Source: Promethearchaeia archaeon (lineage in GTDB: Archaea; Asgardarchaeota; Lokiarchaeia; Sigyniarchaeales; SOKP01). Taken from it: a stretch of DNA of 64,000 nucleotides. Shown here piece by piece: positions 1 through 10,449 of the stretch. Under the pieces are notes generated by a model, which did not search any database, had not been told where the DNA came from, and saw nothing but the letters and a program-made list of their open reading frames with translations. Location of the stretch: contig JAHQWK010000011.1 of the NCBI GenBank assembly GCA_029856145.1, positions 32,001 through 96,000 of the forward strand, written 5' to 3'. The translations under genes and the position numbers were made by a program. Every line of letters starts with the position of its first letter. The first letter of the stretch is position 1.

Positions 1-2
1 CT

Positions 3-524
3 ATTTCTAATATGTGTAAGAAATTTTCAGAAAAGATGCAATCAAATGAGGATATTTTTAAAGGGTTCCACATAAAGGAATTAAACAATTATGATGATAG
101 TGATAAAGAACGTATTAGAAAAAACAAAATCTTAATTAAAAGTTGGGTACAGGAGTTATATTGGGAAATTTTAGAAGTTATAAGAAAAATATCGGAAGAA
201 GAGAAAATAACATTGCTATTAGATGACCGGTATATATTTGAATCCTTAGAAAAAATGTCAAGAGAAGTGAAGAAAATCAGTAAAGAGATAAATTTAGGAG
301 AGGATTCCCTAAAATCGAACTCTGATATCAGAGATGCTATTTCAAATTTAAACAATATACTTGATGATTTATATGAAGGGTACATAGAAAAAATGACAGA
401 ACTTAACATCGAGGAAGAAAATGGCTTATTTTCTCCAGGAGAAGAATTGGAAACAGATGTTCAAAATAGCAAAAAAAAGTTACTTCGAGCTTTAATAGGA
501 GAATTTAATGGAAAAGAAGAATAA
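3..524 (+). CDS. Hypothetical acidic helical protein, probably 5'-truncated by the window edge
   Basis: ORF 12..524, with the frame open back to position 3 (att tct aat atg). No recognisable motif. Confidence 0.6.
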   Translation: MSNMCKKFSEKMQSNEDIFKGFHIKELNNYDDSDKERIRKNKILIKSWVQELYWEILEVIRKISEEEKITLLLDDRYIFESLEKMSREVKKISKEINLGEDSLKSNSDIRDAISNLNNILDDLYEGYIEKMTELNIEEENGLFSPGEELETDVQNSKKKLLRALIGEFNGKEE

Positions 525-538
525 AAGAGAAAAAACTA

Positions 539-2278
539 TTAATCATTCATTTGATATGCGTCTTTTAAGGAATGTACAATGTTCCAGACTTTTGTAAATC
601 TCTTTTCATCAACATTCGGCTTTTTTATCATCTTTAAGCACCATTCCATTTGTTCAGGAGTTGTGCTTGATTTATGATATAAGTTTAATGCATATTTAGA
701 AAAATCTCTCACGAGAAAATCAAAAATTTGATCTAACGTATCTTCATCAATTTTATAGATTGGAGTGTTTTCAATGATGAGATGTGCATATACGATCAAA
801 GCAAAGATCTCACCAATTCCAGAGAGCATAAAATCCATATCTTTTTGTTGTTCAGGGCTTGGAGTCGCCTTTGTCCCAAGAAGGTTAAACATTTTGATTT
901 GTTCCAAGAAAATTTTAACATTGGGGAGATCAAATTTCTCGAATGCAGGTTTCCAATCATGAAACTTAACACGGCCTAATCCTCGAGTTGGTCCTTGATT
1001 AAAAAGAAAATCATCATTTTCAGCTTGATCTTGTCTAGGAACATCTTCATATTTTTTATGATTCATCAAGAAATTTAGCATAAATTTCAAAATTAAGGCG
1101 ATGTTAACATGAACAGTGCCCTCGAGTTTTGGTAATGCTCGGATATCTCTTGCGGCACTCTCGAAGTACATATCTTTTTCAAATCCTTTTGCTGCGATAA
1201 CATCCCATAAGAGATTGATTACTTCTTCACCTTGAGTTGTTGTTTTCATTTTCATTACAGGAGCATAGAGCAGGTAGCGTCGGTCTTTATTAGAAGCTAA
1301 ACGCATATAATCAGCTGTCCTTAATCCAAATAATTTCATTGCGACTAAACGTGTATAAGCATCTACAAAATTCTGTTTAACATGTTGAAAATCAGTAACA
1401 TACATATTATAGAGTCTACGATATGCCGCATGATGAATAGCTTCATAAAAGGCGTGAGTACAAATCCCAATTGAAGCCCATCCTAGATTATATTTACCGA
1501 TATTGACAGTATTGAGTGATGAATGCCAAGCATTCTCTCCTTTAGAAAGAATATCCTCTTCAGTTATAGGATAATCATGAAGTGCGAAATTTGATACATA
1601 ATTTTGACTATCGCAGACATTTTTTATCAGATCATAATTTTTGTGCTTATAATTTGCTACAAAAAAGACATATTGATCTTTATTTTTCATGTCATATGGA
1701 GGGATATTTCCATCCTTATCAGCAAGTTTACCAAAATTTGAAACCATCTCAGCTTCATTTCCATTTCCGATATAATACTTTTCTCCATTAGCTCTATAAG
1801 TTCCATCTTCTTGAGGGGTAAGGGCCATCTCAGTTCCATAGATATCAGCACCATGAGCTTGTTCTGAGAGGCCAAATGCAAAAATTGCTCCTTCTCTAAG
1901 TAATTGAGCTGCTTTCTTCTTTGGAATTTCATTCTTACTCATCCAAATAGGACCAAGTCCTAAGATAGAGACTTGCCAAGTATACCAATAAGAAAGCCCA
2001 TAAAATGCGAGAATTTCATTAAATTCACAAATTCGCCAAGTATCCCATCGATAATTTTCATTATCACCATAAGGAGCGGGTGTCAATAACTGAGCAAATA
2101 TTTTATTATTCTTTTGAAACTCAAGAAAATCTGAATACCACACTCTATTGTGATCATCTTCTTTAAGTTTTACTTTCCCTTTATTTTCAAAAAATTCGAT
2201 AGTTTTAAGCATTATTTCTTTTGAACGATCGTCGGGATAATAACGAATGTGACTTTTAGGATTTAATAGAATTGTCAT
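539..2278 (-). CDS. Acyl-CoA dehydrogenase (FadE-like)
   Basis: FGLSEQAHGAD, NGEKYYIGNG and LPKLEGTVHVN motifs of ACADs. Likely start is ATG 2278 (MTILLNPK); the ORF track starts at TTG 2308. Confidence 0.9.
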   Translation of the reverse strand: MTILLNPKSHIRYYPDDRSKEIMLKTIEFFENKGKVKLKEDDHNRVWYSDFLEFQKNNKIFAQLLTPAPYGDNENYRWDTWRICEFNEILAFYGLSYWYTWQVSILGLGPIWMSKNEIPKKKAAQLLREGAIFAFGLSEQAHGADIYGTEMALTPQEDGTYRANGEKYYIGNGNEAEMVSNFGKLADKDGNIPPYDMKNKDQYVFFVANYKHKNYDLIKNVCDSQNYVSNFALHDYPITEEDILSKGENAWHSSLNTVNIGKYNLGWASIGICTHAFYEAIHHAAYRRLYNMYVTDFQHVKQNFVDAYTRLVAMKLFGLRTADYMRLASNKDRRYLLYAPVMKMKTTTQGEEVINLLWDVIAAKGFEKDMYFESAARDIRALPKLEGTVHVNIALILKFMLNFLMNHKKYEDVPRQDQAENDDFLFNQGPTRGLGRVKFHDWKPAFEKFDLPNVKIFLEQIKMFNLLGTKATPSPEQQKDMDFMLSGIGEIFALIVYAHLIIENTPIYKIDEDTLDQIFDFLVRDFSKYALNLYHKSSTTPEQMEWCLKMIKKPNVDEKRFTKVWNIVHSLKDAYQMND

Positions 2279-2878
2279 ATAATCATCTCTAAGATTTTTA
2301 TTATTCAATTAATTTTAATAATTTTCCGTATTTTGGAAAAAGATTACAAAACTTTTTTTAATGAATAACTTTTACTGGAGATTTAATTTTTTTCAATTTT
2401 ACTTGATATTCTGAGCAAACTTTATATTCAGGAAAATTACATGAATACTGATTTAGTGGAAGATTACAAATGCGTGAAAAAGGGCATTCAAGTAAATTAT
2501 TAGGTATAGTGGGTTCCAAATTCCTCAACCTCGAATAGTTTTGTTATAAAAAAAAAAATTTCTTCATGTTTATACTTTGTGCTTACTTTTTATTAATTTA
2601 TTAACATATTAAAAAGATGTAATGTAATTGATGAGATCACGGCCGGAGCTCGACCACATAAAGTTTTTAACAATCTAATTAAGAAAGTTCTGAAAAGGAT
2701 TTACTAATTCTAACATGAATAAGTTTTAATTGATATTATTAAAATGCTATTCAGATGAATAATCAGGTAAATAATCCCTATGGACAGGTTTGGTTATACT
2801 ATCTAGAAAGATTTTTGTATTTAAATCAATGAAATGTAAAATGAATTAATGTCAAAGAATGCATTAATTCTGATTGAG

Positions 2879-3727
2879 CTATTCATGTGGCAAAATAACC
2901 ACTAAAGTCATAATAAGGATAATTCCACATAAGAATACTAAGGCTTGAATGATCGATTTCTTTAGGTTCTTTTCTTTTATTAGTTCAGGCATGAGCTCTG
3001 TACTTGCTAAGTATAAAAATCCACCACCAGAAAAGGCTAGAAAAAAGAAATTAAACAATTCGATTTGTTCTGACAAAAAATAAGCAAATAATCCACCGAT
3101 TAGTGCGACAAGAGCACTTCCAAAGTTAAATAGAAGAGCTTTCTTTTTAGAAAACCCTCCATATAGAAGGATTCCGAAATCACCAATCTCCTGTGGTAAT
3201 TCATGGAATAAAACTGCAAGTGTGACTATTACACCATTCCCAAATCCACTTATGAATGCAACCATTATAATAATACCATCTAAGAAATTATGTAATCCAT
3301 CACCAATTAAATTAAGAAGTGCAAAGTTTTTTATCTTTTCACCTTTTCCTACGACTTTATCAATACCTTCGGTAAGATTGTCATAGCAAACTAATTGACC
3401 TTCTTTTTCATGAGCATGTCCATGAAACCAATAAATAAATCGTTCTATAATAAAGAATATTATAAATCCGAAAATAATTATAGCGAAAAGAAGACTTTCA
3501 ACTAACCCCGCTCCTCCTGCGTTTAATTCTTCAAAATGATGAAGAGATTCTGGAATTAAATCAAATAAAGCCGTAGCAAGGATTGTACCTGTAGCAAATG
3601 CTACAAGAATGAATAATATCTTATCTAAAGTTTTTTCTCTGAGTGAAATCATAAAGACTCCCATTAAACTTAAAAAGCTGATGATTAATATCATTAAAAA
3701 ACCTAGTAATGCCTCCAAACTTATCAA
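2879..3727 (-). CDS. ZIP family (ZupT-like) divalent metal transporter
   Basis: GDGLHNFLDG and HELPQEIGD ZIP signatures, His-rich loop HGHAH, about 8 TM helices. Confidence 0.92.
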   Translation of the reverse strand: MISLEALLGFLMILIISFLSLMGVFMISLREKTLDKILFILVAFATGTILATALFDLIPESLHHFEELNAGGAGLVESLLFAIIIFGFIIFFIIERFIYWFHGHAHEKEGQLVCYDNLTEGIDKVVGKGEKIKNFALLNLIGDGLHNFLDGIIIMVAFISGFGNGVIVTLAVLFHELPQEIGDFGILLYGGFSKKKALLFNFGSALVALIGGLFAYFLSEQIELFNFFFLAFSGGGFLYLASTELMPELIKEKNLKKSIIQALVFLCGIILIMTLVVILPHE

Positions 3728-3895
3728 GACTCTTTTTATTTTATTTTCTAATGGTATATCATAGATTTATTATAAATAAAAATGTTGTGAGTAAATTCTA
3801 TAATAAATTACTATTTTAATCTAAGCTCAATAGTTTAAACTATAAATTTCCCAAATTCATTATTTTAATTACATTGAAATTTTGTATAAAAAGAT

Positions 3896-4738
3896 TTGAT
3901 CGATTTGTATATTGATTGTCATGCACACCTATTTTTCAGTCCTATTCCTCTAGAAGCTATTGATGAGGATATTACAGGTGAGATCCCCACTCCTACTATG
4001 GAGTTTATAAGTAAAATGATTTCGAGTGCAAAGGAAAAAGCAGTAAGCCATATTGTTGGGGTTATAAGTAACCCTAATGATTTTCCTAGTTATCGATTAC
4101 AGTTGGAGTTTGAAAATATTATACATGTTATTGGAATTCAAAGGGGTAAAGCGCTTGAAGAACATTCACACTTGATTTCACTATTAAATAAAGAAATTGA
4201 AAGAAAAATGCCTCACGCGATAGGTGAGATTGGATTGGATTATGGATATGGATTTGATAATTTAAATAACCGTGAAAGAGAGACGTTAAAAAAAGGACAA
4301 CAGGAATTATTTAGGAAACAAATACGATTAGCAAAAGATTTTGATTTACCTATTGTCGTTCATGCTGGTTATGGTATGGATAAAGATATTGTAGAAATTT
4401 TAAAGCAAGAACAAGCTCAGGATGTGGGGGGTCAAATCCATGGGTATATGTCTAAAAACGAGTATGTATCCGAAGTACTTGATATGGGGTTTTTCATTTC
4501 TTTTGGATATATACACACCATAGAGGAAGAATTAAAAGAAATAATTGAAATAACCCCATTGGAACGAATTCTTATTGAAACAGATTCTCCATATCATTTG
4601 ATAGATTCCCCCAAACGATTTATTCTTCCTGAAGACGTTTATTTAATAACTGATGAGATTGCTCACTTAAAGGGAATTAAGCCCGAGGTTTTTGCTAATC
4701 AGATCATGAAAAATGCCAGAGATCTTTTTAGATTCTGA
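3896..4738 (+). CDS. tatD: TatD family metal-dependent hydrolase/DNase
   Basis: DCHAH, GEIGLD, VVH and ETDSPY motifs. Confidence 0.88.
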   Translation: MIDLYIDCHAHLFFSPIPLEAIDEDITGEIPTPTMEFISKMISSAKEKAVSHIVGVISNPNDFPSYRLQLEFENIIHVIGIQRGKALEEHSHLISLLNKEIERKMPHAIGEIGLDYGYGFDNLNNRERETLKKGQQELFRKQIRLAKDFDLPIVVHAGYGMDKDIVEILKQEQAQDVGGQIHGYMSKNEYVSEVLDMGFFISFGYIHTIEEELKEIIEITPLERILIETDSPYHLIDSPKRFILPEDVYLITDEIAHLKGIKPEVFANQIMKNARDLFRF

Positions 4739-4889
4739 ATTGATGTTAATACTTAATATTAGATCAACATTTATGAGTCATCCATTTCTCAGAATGGATC
4801 AATTAAGGAAGAATTAAAATTCTAATCAATTTATTATGGATAGTATCCTATTTTTTTATTAATTTGAATTTTAATATTTAGAATAAAAA

Positions 4890-5171
4890 ATGTATTGTCA
4901 AAATTGTGGTTCTGAAATCGACCAGAACGCTATGGTGTGTCCCTATTGTGGGCAGGTGAACAGTAGTTCTGATATTATAAGGAAAAAGGACATTAAGATC
5001 GAAGAAATGGAACAAAAGATAGCAAAATTAGAGGAAATTGTTAAAGAAGGGTCGAGATCAACAACTAAAAAAGCCGGAATAAAAATTTTTCAGCCGTGGA
5101 TTTTTATTTTTCCTATAGTATTTCTTATATTATTTTTCACGTTATTTATAATATTAGTAACCATTAGATAG
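4890..5171 (+). CDS. Zinc-ribbon / coiled-coil / C-terminal TM protein
   Basis: YCQNCG-x10-CPYCG, short coiled coil, C-terminal hydrophobic helix. Confidence 0.75.
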   Translation: MYCQNCGSEIDQNAMVCPYCGQVNSSSDIIRKKDIKIEEMEQKIAKLEEIVKEGSRSTTKKAGIKIFQPWIFIFPIVFLILFFTLFIILVTIR

Positions 5172-5243
5172 TAAAATTAAAAAGCTCAGATAATTATGAA
5201 TTTAGTTTGATTTTATTTGAAAAGAAAAAAAAGAAATAATAAT

Positions 5244-5804
5244 TTAAAAATTTCTTGTAATAAAGCCGAAAACGATAAATAGGAGCAAACCCGAAAGAAG
5301 ATTTATTATTCCGTAAATGTAGTAAGCTCTTATAAATTTTTGACTTAAGAACATTAGATCTGTCATATACCAACTCGCTAATCCTCCGATCCCCCATATG
5401 GTTATGTCAGTTATTATGTTTGGAGCACTATCAAATTGAGTTTTCATACCAACAAAAATTAGGAGAGTATTTTCTACAATTTCCCATATTCCTGCAATGG
5501 CAAGTGTAATTACCCAATAAATAACCAATTTATGAAAGCTAGGTGGATTGATTGGTGCTTGCGGATTACCGGATAGATTTTTTGCTATAAAACCGATAGT
5601 GAAAACTACAACGAAGAGAGAAACTCCCCAAAGGAGATGTGCCAATGTGTAAAAATCAAATGAGGCAATTGATATAGAAGTATCATCCATAGCTATTAGA
5701 GGATAGCCAAATACTGCTGCAACAATAGGAGTTACGATCAAAATAACGATAAATCCCAGCATTATTAAGAGAGGTATAAACCTTTTTGGTATAATTATAA
5801 CCAC
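5244..5804 (-). CDS. Hypothetical membrane protein (H...WExxE motif)
   Basis: About 5 TM helices, HLLWG and WEIVEN motifs. The true start may be ATT 5795 or ATA 5792 (see findings). Confidence 0.65.
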   Translation of the reverse strand: MVIIIPKRFIPLLIMLGFIVILIVTPIVAAVFGYPLIAMDDTSISIASFDFYTLAHLLWGVSLFVVVFTIGFIAKNLSGNPQAPINPPSFHKLVIYWVITLAIAGIWEIVENTLLIFVGMKTQFDSAPNIITDITIWGIGGLASWYMTDLMFLSQKFIRAYYIYGIINLLSGLLLFIVFGFITRNF

Positions 5805-5982
5805 CTTATTATTTCATTTTAATTTGAATTTCAATTTAGGTAACTTCAAATAAGAAACCTTGTAATATATAGATTACATTTTAACATTAATAAGGTGAGG
5901 ATACAAGAAATAATAATTCCTTAGAGAAAAAAAAGTAATTAATTAAAAAAGATATAAGATAACATAGTTTTATAATTTGATT

Positions 5983-6969
5983 TTATTTGGATTTATCTGA
6001 TTCCTTACTATTTTCTTCTGTTTCAGCAGCTCTTCTTTCACGTATTTCTTCCTTAATTTTTTTTATTGTTATTCCTTTAAGTCTAATGAATTGATTAATG
6101 AATATAACTGTGGAGATAAGAATTCCAACTAAATAAAACAGTTGAATGGTCCAGAAAAACGGTTCGATTGAGGTATAAAATACAAGATCGAAGGCATAAG
6201 ACAAACATGAGATTGTAGTGATCCAAATCATAGAGATAAGTAAAGCGATTCTCTCATAAAACTTTGGTTCACCTTTATCAAAAATAATTATTTTTAACCA
6301 AAAAATTATGCAAATAAATGCTAGTGGTGTAAAGATAAGTGAACCTATGGCAATTGGGATAAGTAAATACACGGCAAATCGATTTCTCCAAATATCTAAG
6401 ACCTCTCCTAACGTCATTTGATCTTGAATTTGGACTTTAGCATACTTACCTCTCCAGCTAAAGTAACTTTTCTTCATTTTTCGTCCTAATTTTTTTGCTC
6501 CACTTTTAATACGTTTTATTACCCCCGTGTCTACAGCTTCTTGAAATTCTTCTCTAATTAAAGGAATTATATATAATGAGAGCATTAAAGAGATAAGACC
6601 GTAAATAAATATAAGAAGATCAAACCAATACTGTATGCCTGTTGGAGAAGTTGCGGGAGGCAAATTTGAAACTATGCTGTAAATAGAATAACCTATGAAA
6701 ATACCTGGAACTATCACCTGAACAATTATAAGGATCTGAACATGTTTTTTACTAAATTTTTCTGTAAAGCGATTTAAAAGCCATAAAATACCATTTGCAA
6801 CAGTTAATATTAAGCCAAAACCAGAAAGAACCTTCATAGTCCAAAAGAAAATTAAGAAAGTAAAATTCAGTTCAATAAATCCAAAGATAAGTTCTAGTAT
6901 CATAAAAATTGTAGTCGCAACTAAGCCGATTATATAAAATATATCGAATTTTTTGAGATTAAGATTCAT
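5983..6969 (-). CDS. Hypothetical multi-pass membrane protein
   Basis: About 7-8 TM helices with a basic central loop. Confidence 0.65.
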   Translation of the reverse strand: MNLNLKKFDIFYIIGLVATTIFMILELIFGFIELNFTFLIFFWTMKVLSGFGLILTVANGILWLLNRFTEKFSKKHVQILIIVQVIVPGIFIGYSIYSIVSNLPPATSPTGIQYWFDLLIFIYGLISLMLSLYIIPLIREEFQEAVDTGVIKRIKSGAKKLGRKMKKSYFSWRGKYAKVQIQDQMTLGEVLDIWRNRFAVYLLIPIAIGSLIFTPLAFICIIFWLKIIIFDKGEPKFYERIALLISMIWITTISCLSYAFDLVFYTSIEPFFWTIQLFYLVGILISTVIFINQFIRLKGITIKKIKEEIRERRAAETEENSKESDKSK

Positions 6970-7056
6970 AAATATAATAAATTACTATGAACCTTAATAA
7001 TATTCGTGTTTCCAGAGTTCAAGTAATAATATTTCTGATTAAAGCAATTATAAGTT

Positions 7057-7536
7057 TTAGAAGTGAACCATAAAGGGGTTTTTTCTTTTTTCAGTATACT
7101 GTTGATGATATTCTTCTGCTTCCCAAAATTCCGAAGCAGGTACTATTTGTGTAATAATGGGATTCTTAAAACGTTTAGCTGCTTCTAAAATTGCTTTAGA
7201 TCTCTCTGCTTTTTCTTTTTGGTCTGCATTCAAATAAAAAATTGCTGATCGATATTGTGAGCCAACATCAGGACCTTGGCGATTAAGCGTGGTGGGGTCA
7301 TGAATTGACCAGAAAACCTCTAAAAGCTCATCATATGATACAATAGAAGGATCAAATGTAATTTCTATAGCTTCTGCATGACCAGATTTATGAGAACATA
7401 CCGCTTTATACGTTGGATTCTCAAATTTTCCTCCAGTATATCCTACACGAGTAGAAATAACGCCTTTTACCTTTCTAAAATTAGCCTCAACACCCCAAAA
7501 ACAACCTGCTGCAAAAATTGCTTTTTTAGCTTCCAT
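7057..7536 (-). CDS. msrA: Peptide-methionine (S)-S-oxide reductase MsrA
   Basis: GCFWG active-site motif, GHAEAI, HDPTTLNRQG, AEEYHQQY. Confidence 0.97.
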   Translation of the reverse strand: MEAKKAIFAAGCFWGVEANFRKVKGVISTRVGYTGGKFENPTYKAVCSHKSGHAEAIEITFDPSIVSYDELLEVFWSIHDPTTLNRQGPDVGSQYRSAIFYLNADQKEKAERSKAILEAAKRFKNPIITQIVPASEFWEAEEYHQQYTEKRKNPFMVHF

Positions 7537-7689
7537 AGTTATTAATAAAGAAATTTGATAAGTTAAACATAGGGTTAATTTTCTATAAACATGAGTTCAA
7601 TAATTTGTTATTTTTATAATCATACTAAGGCAAATGCTTTAATCTCTATAAAGCGTGGATTATAATACTTACATTGACTTTTGAAATGT

Positions 7690-8079
7690 ATGGAATCAAA
7701 ACAAACTGAAGATAAATGGAAAAAAAAGTTAACTAAAGAACAATATAGAGTTCTCCGCGAAAAGGGAACTGAAGCGCCATTTACAGGAAAATTTGTAAGT
7801 AATCATGAAAAGGGAGTTTATAAATGTGCTGGTTGTGGTGCTCCTTTATTTTCTTCTGACGAGAAGTTCAATTCTGGTACAGGATGGCCGAGTTTTTATA
7901 AGCCAATGAATAAAGACAATATTGATAAAAAGGAAGATAGAAGTCATGGTATGATCCGTACTGAAGTTTTATGTAAAGATTGTGGTGGGCATTTAGGGCA
8001 TGTGTTTGATGATGTTCCAGAAAATAAGGGTTGTAGATATTGTATTAACTCCATCTCGTTAGATTTCGAGAAAAAGTAG
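7690..8079 (+). CDS. msrB: Peptide-methionine (R)-S-oxide reductase MsrB
   Basis: [36 protein letters not shown] 7690 preferred over TTG 7681. Confidence 0.97.
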   Translation: MESKQTEDKWKKKLTKEQYRVLREKGTEAPFTGKFVSNHEKGVYKCAGCGAPLFSSDEKFNSGTGWPSFYKPMNKDNIDKKEDRSHGMIRTEVLCKDCGGHLGHVFDDVPENKGCRYCINSISLDFEKK

Positions 8080-8087
8080 ATATCAAA

Positions 8088-8738
8088 ATGATGTCATATA
8101 GAATTATGCCCAAAAAAGATTTGAGTGCCGAACAAAAGTACAGAAAATACTTTCATAATGGTGATAGAAGAGAAATTTTCAGACTTTTGGTTGAAAAATA
8201 TGGAGTAGAAAGTGCTATATATCCTGGAAGTTATATAGATATTGCCCCCTCATTTTATATTCCGATAACTGTGTATATTGACTCTTTCAAAAAAACCAAT
8301 AAATTTTTTGAAGCTAATGATATTATGGATTTTGTTTCTAGTAATCGAGAATATACTAAAACACCAATAATACGATATCATTACTCTGATTATAATATGG
8401 ATTTTGGAGAAAAAGTTGAAAATTTTGATTTATTAATATCATTGTACGCTGGTTTTGTGTCTGAAAGCTGTAAGAAATATCTTAAAAAGGATGGTATTCT
8501 ATTAGCAAATAATAGCCATGGAGATGCAGGTATAGCATATTTAGATGATGATTTTGAATTAATGGCAGCAATTTACAAAAGTAATGGTCAATATCGGTTA
8601 ACCGAGAAGAATTTAGACAAATATTTCATTCCAAAAAAACAAGAATTGAAAATTACCAAAGATTATCTAAAGAAAATTAATCGAGGAGTAGGATATACGA
8701 AAACTTCAAGTGCTTATGTATTTAAAAAAATAAAATAA
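8088..8738 (+). CDS. Conserved hypothetical protein, possible SAM-methyltransferase-like fold
   Basis: YPGSYID, FDLLISLYAG and LKKDGILL resemble degenerate class I MTase motifs. Lies directly downstream of msrB. Confidence 0.55.
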   Translation: MMSYRIMPKKDLSAEQKYRKYFHNGDRREIFRLLVEKYGVESAIYPGSYIDIAPSFYIPITVYIDSFKKTNKFFEANDIMDFVSSNREYTKTPIIRYHYSDYNMDFGEKVENFDLLISLYAGFVSESCKKYLKKDGILLANNSHGDAGIAYLDDDFELMAAIYKSNGQYRLTEKNLDKYFIPKKQELKITKDYLKKINRGVGYTKTSSAYVFKKIK

Positions 8739-8755
8739 ATAGAATAACTAAGATA

Positions 8756-9316
8756 ATGAGCTTAGAAAAGATAAAAGAGACATTAGGTGAAAAATTTAGT
8801 CGAGATACTGACTTTTTGGACTCAGTAATTAATAATTTAAATTTAGATAAAAAATCAAAAATCTTAGATGTTGGCACTGGATGGGGATTAATGGCAATTA
8901 CACTTGCCCTCCATGGATATAATGTTATTACCGGTGAACCTGAGAATGCGAAATGGGCAGATTGGAAAACAAGAGCAAAATTAGTGAATGCAGAGGATAA
9001 AATTACATTCAAACCATTTTATGCTGAGAATTTACCATTTGAGGAGGATTCTTTTGATGCCATATTTCTCTATACTTCACTTCATCATATTGAGGATAAA
9101 ATTGGTGCTATTAATGAAATGCTACGCGTTATGAAGCTTGATAGCTATTTGATTATAATTGAATTGACGGAGAGGGGAGTGGAACAAATTAGAAAACGCC
9201 ACATTCATCATCCTGATGCTGTTAATTCTAAAGATCTTCTCGAAAAATTTAATCTTGAAGTATCTACAAAAGAAAGTAGATATTTAAATGCTTATATCTG
9301 TAAAACTAAGCATTAA
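8756..9316 (+). CDS. Class I SAM-dependent methyltransferase
   Basis: ILDVGTGWG, LPFEEDSFDAI, SLHH, EMLRVMK. Confidence 0.88.
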   Translation: MSLEKIKETLGEKFSRDTDFLDSVINNLNLDKKSKILDVGTGWGLMAITLALHGYNVITGEPENAKWADWKTRAKLVNAEDKITFKPFYAENLPFEEDSFDAIFLYTSLHHIEDKIGAINEMLRVMKLDSYLIIIELTERGVEQIRKRHIHHPDAVNSKDLLEKFNLEVSTKESRYLNAYICKTKH

Positions 9317-10305
9317 ATAGAATTATTTTTATTTAATAATTCATCTCTTTTACGACGGTAATATATTATAGGGTTATCACCTTGAATTAGTTTTTCTCCC
9401 ATTTTTAACTGAGTTTTAATTGGTTGTTGTGTGACAACAACATCTCTATCTTGATGGAGGATAACAATATTAAATTTGTTAGCTAACCAGTTAACAAGTG
9501 ATTTTAAAATTGGAATTCTTAGAAATTTTTGATAGAACCTCATATAAAATTTAGTGTGTTTCTCATCAATAGGTACAAAAGCAATAAAGATGCGAACTTT
9601 TTCTCCAAGGAAGTTCTGCCAAATATGAGGAAATTTAAAATGGAGGTGGAAAACCTTCATTTCTTCAGTAAATTCTTCAGGTTTTAAAGTTTTAGTCTTT
9701 CCATCATCTTTCTGATTATAAACCCAAAAAATAAACTCATTTCCGTCCTCAGAAGGTTCAACTAATGGTCCATGAACGAGAGTTTGTTTACCTCGACCAA
9801 TAGTATTATGATGGACATAAGGTAAATGAATAACATCAAGTTGATTTTCGATAGCACGACTATAATGAACAGGCCATATTTCCGTGTGAGTTTTATATGA
9901 GAATTTTTTATCAATATCTTGAAAAAAGGGTAAAGGGGGGTATTCTGATTGAATTTCTCCCCACCATATCCAGATGAAATCATGTTTTTCTCGCGTAGGA
10001 TAAGAGATAACTTTAAATTGTTCAGGTACAGGAGTGTTTTTTCCATATGCCGGTATTCTTGTACATCGTCCCGATTTATCATATCTTAAACCATGAAATG
10101 GACATTTAACTTTTTCGCCTTTATCGCATATTTTTCCTATACTTAGCATCGCTCCTCGATGGGCACATTTATCTCTTAAACAAATTACATCTCCATTTTT
10201 TCTACGCCAAAAGACTAATTTTTCCCCAAATCGAGTTACTCCCATTAGTTTACCTTTTAAGACTTCTTTTGATTCCAAAACGGCATACCACTGATTCCTA
10301 ATCAT
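9313..10305 (-). CDS. Rieske non-heme iron oxygenase alpha subunit (VanA-like)
   Basis: Rieske CAH...CPFH ligands; mononuclear Fe motif ENQLDVIHLPYVH and QD. Confidence 0.9.
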   Translation of the reverse strand: MIRNQWYAVLESKEVLKGKLMGVTRFGEKLVFWRRKNGDVICLRDKCAHRGAMLSIGKICDKGEKVKCPFHGLRYDKSGRCTRIPAYGKNTPVPEQFKVISYPTREKHDFIWIWWGEIQSEYPPLPFFQDIDKKFSYKTHTEIWPVHYSRAIENQLDVIHLPYVHHNTIGRGKQTLVHGPLVEPSEDGNEFIFWVYNQKDDGKTKTLKPEEFTEEMKVFHLHFKFPHIWQNFLGEKVRIFIAFVPIDEKHTKFYMRFYQKFLRIPILKSLVNWLANKFNIVILHQDRDVVVTQQPIKTQLKMGEKLIQGDNPIIYYRRKRDELLNKNNSI

Positions 10306-10449
10306 GTTTAATCGATATTTAAAATTAAAAATAATATTAGTTTGTTCGTTTAATATTTTATAAATTAATTTCTTAAATCTTAAATCCGTTATATATGAAA
10401 AAATATTAAAGCCAAAAGGTTAATTTCTAATTACAATTTTAAATGTTAT

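Noticed and set aside
2503-2535. tRNA T-arm-like sequence gggttccaaattcc
   Set aside because: No cloverleaf, D-arm or acceptor stem can be built, and no integrase is nearby.
7057-8079. Possible selenocysteine forms of MsrA/MsrB
   Set aside because: The catalytic positions are Cys codons and there is no in-frame TGA.
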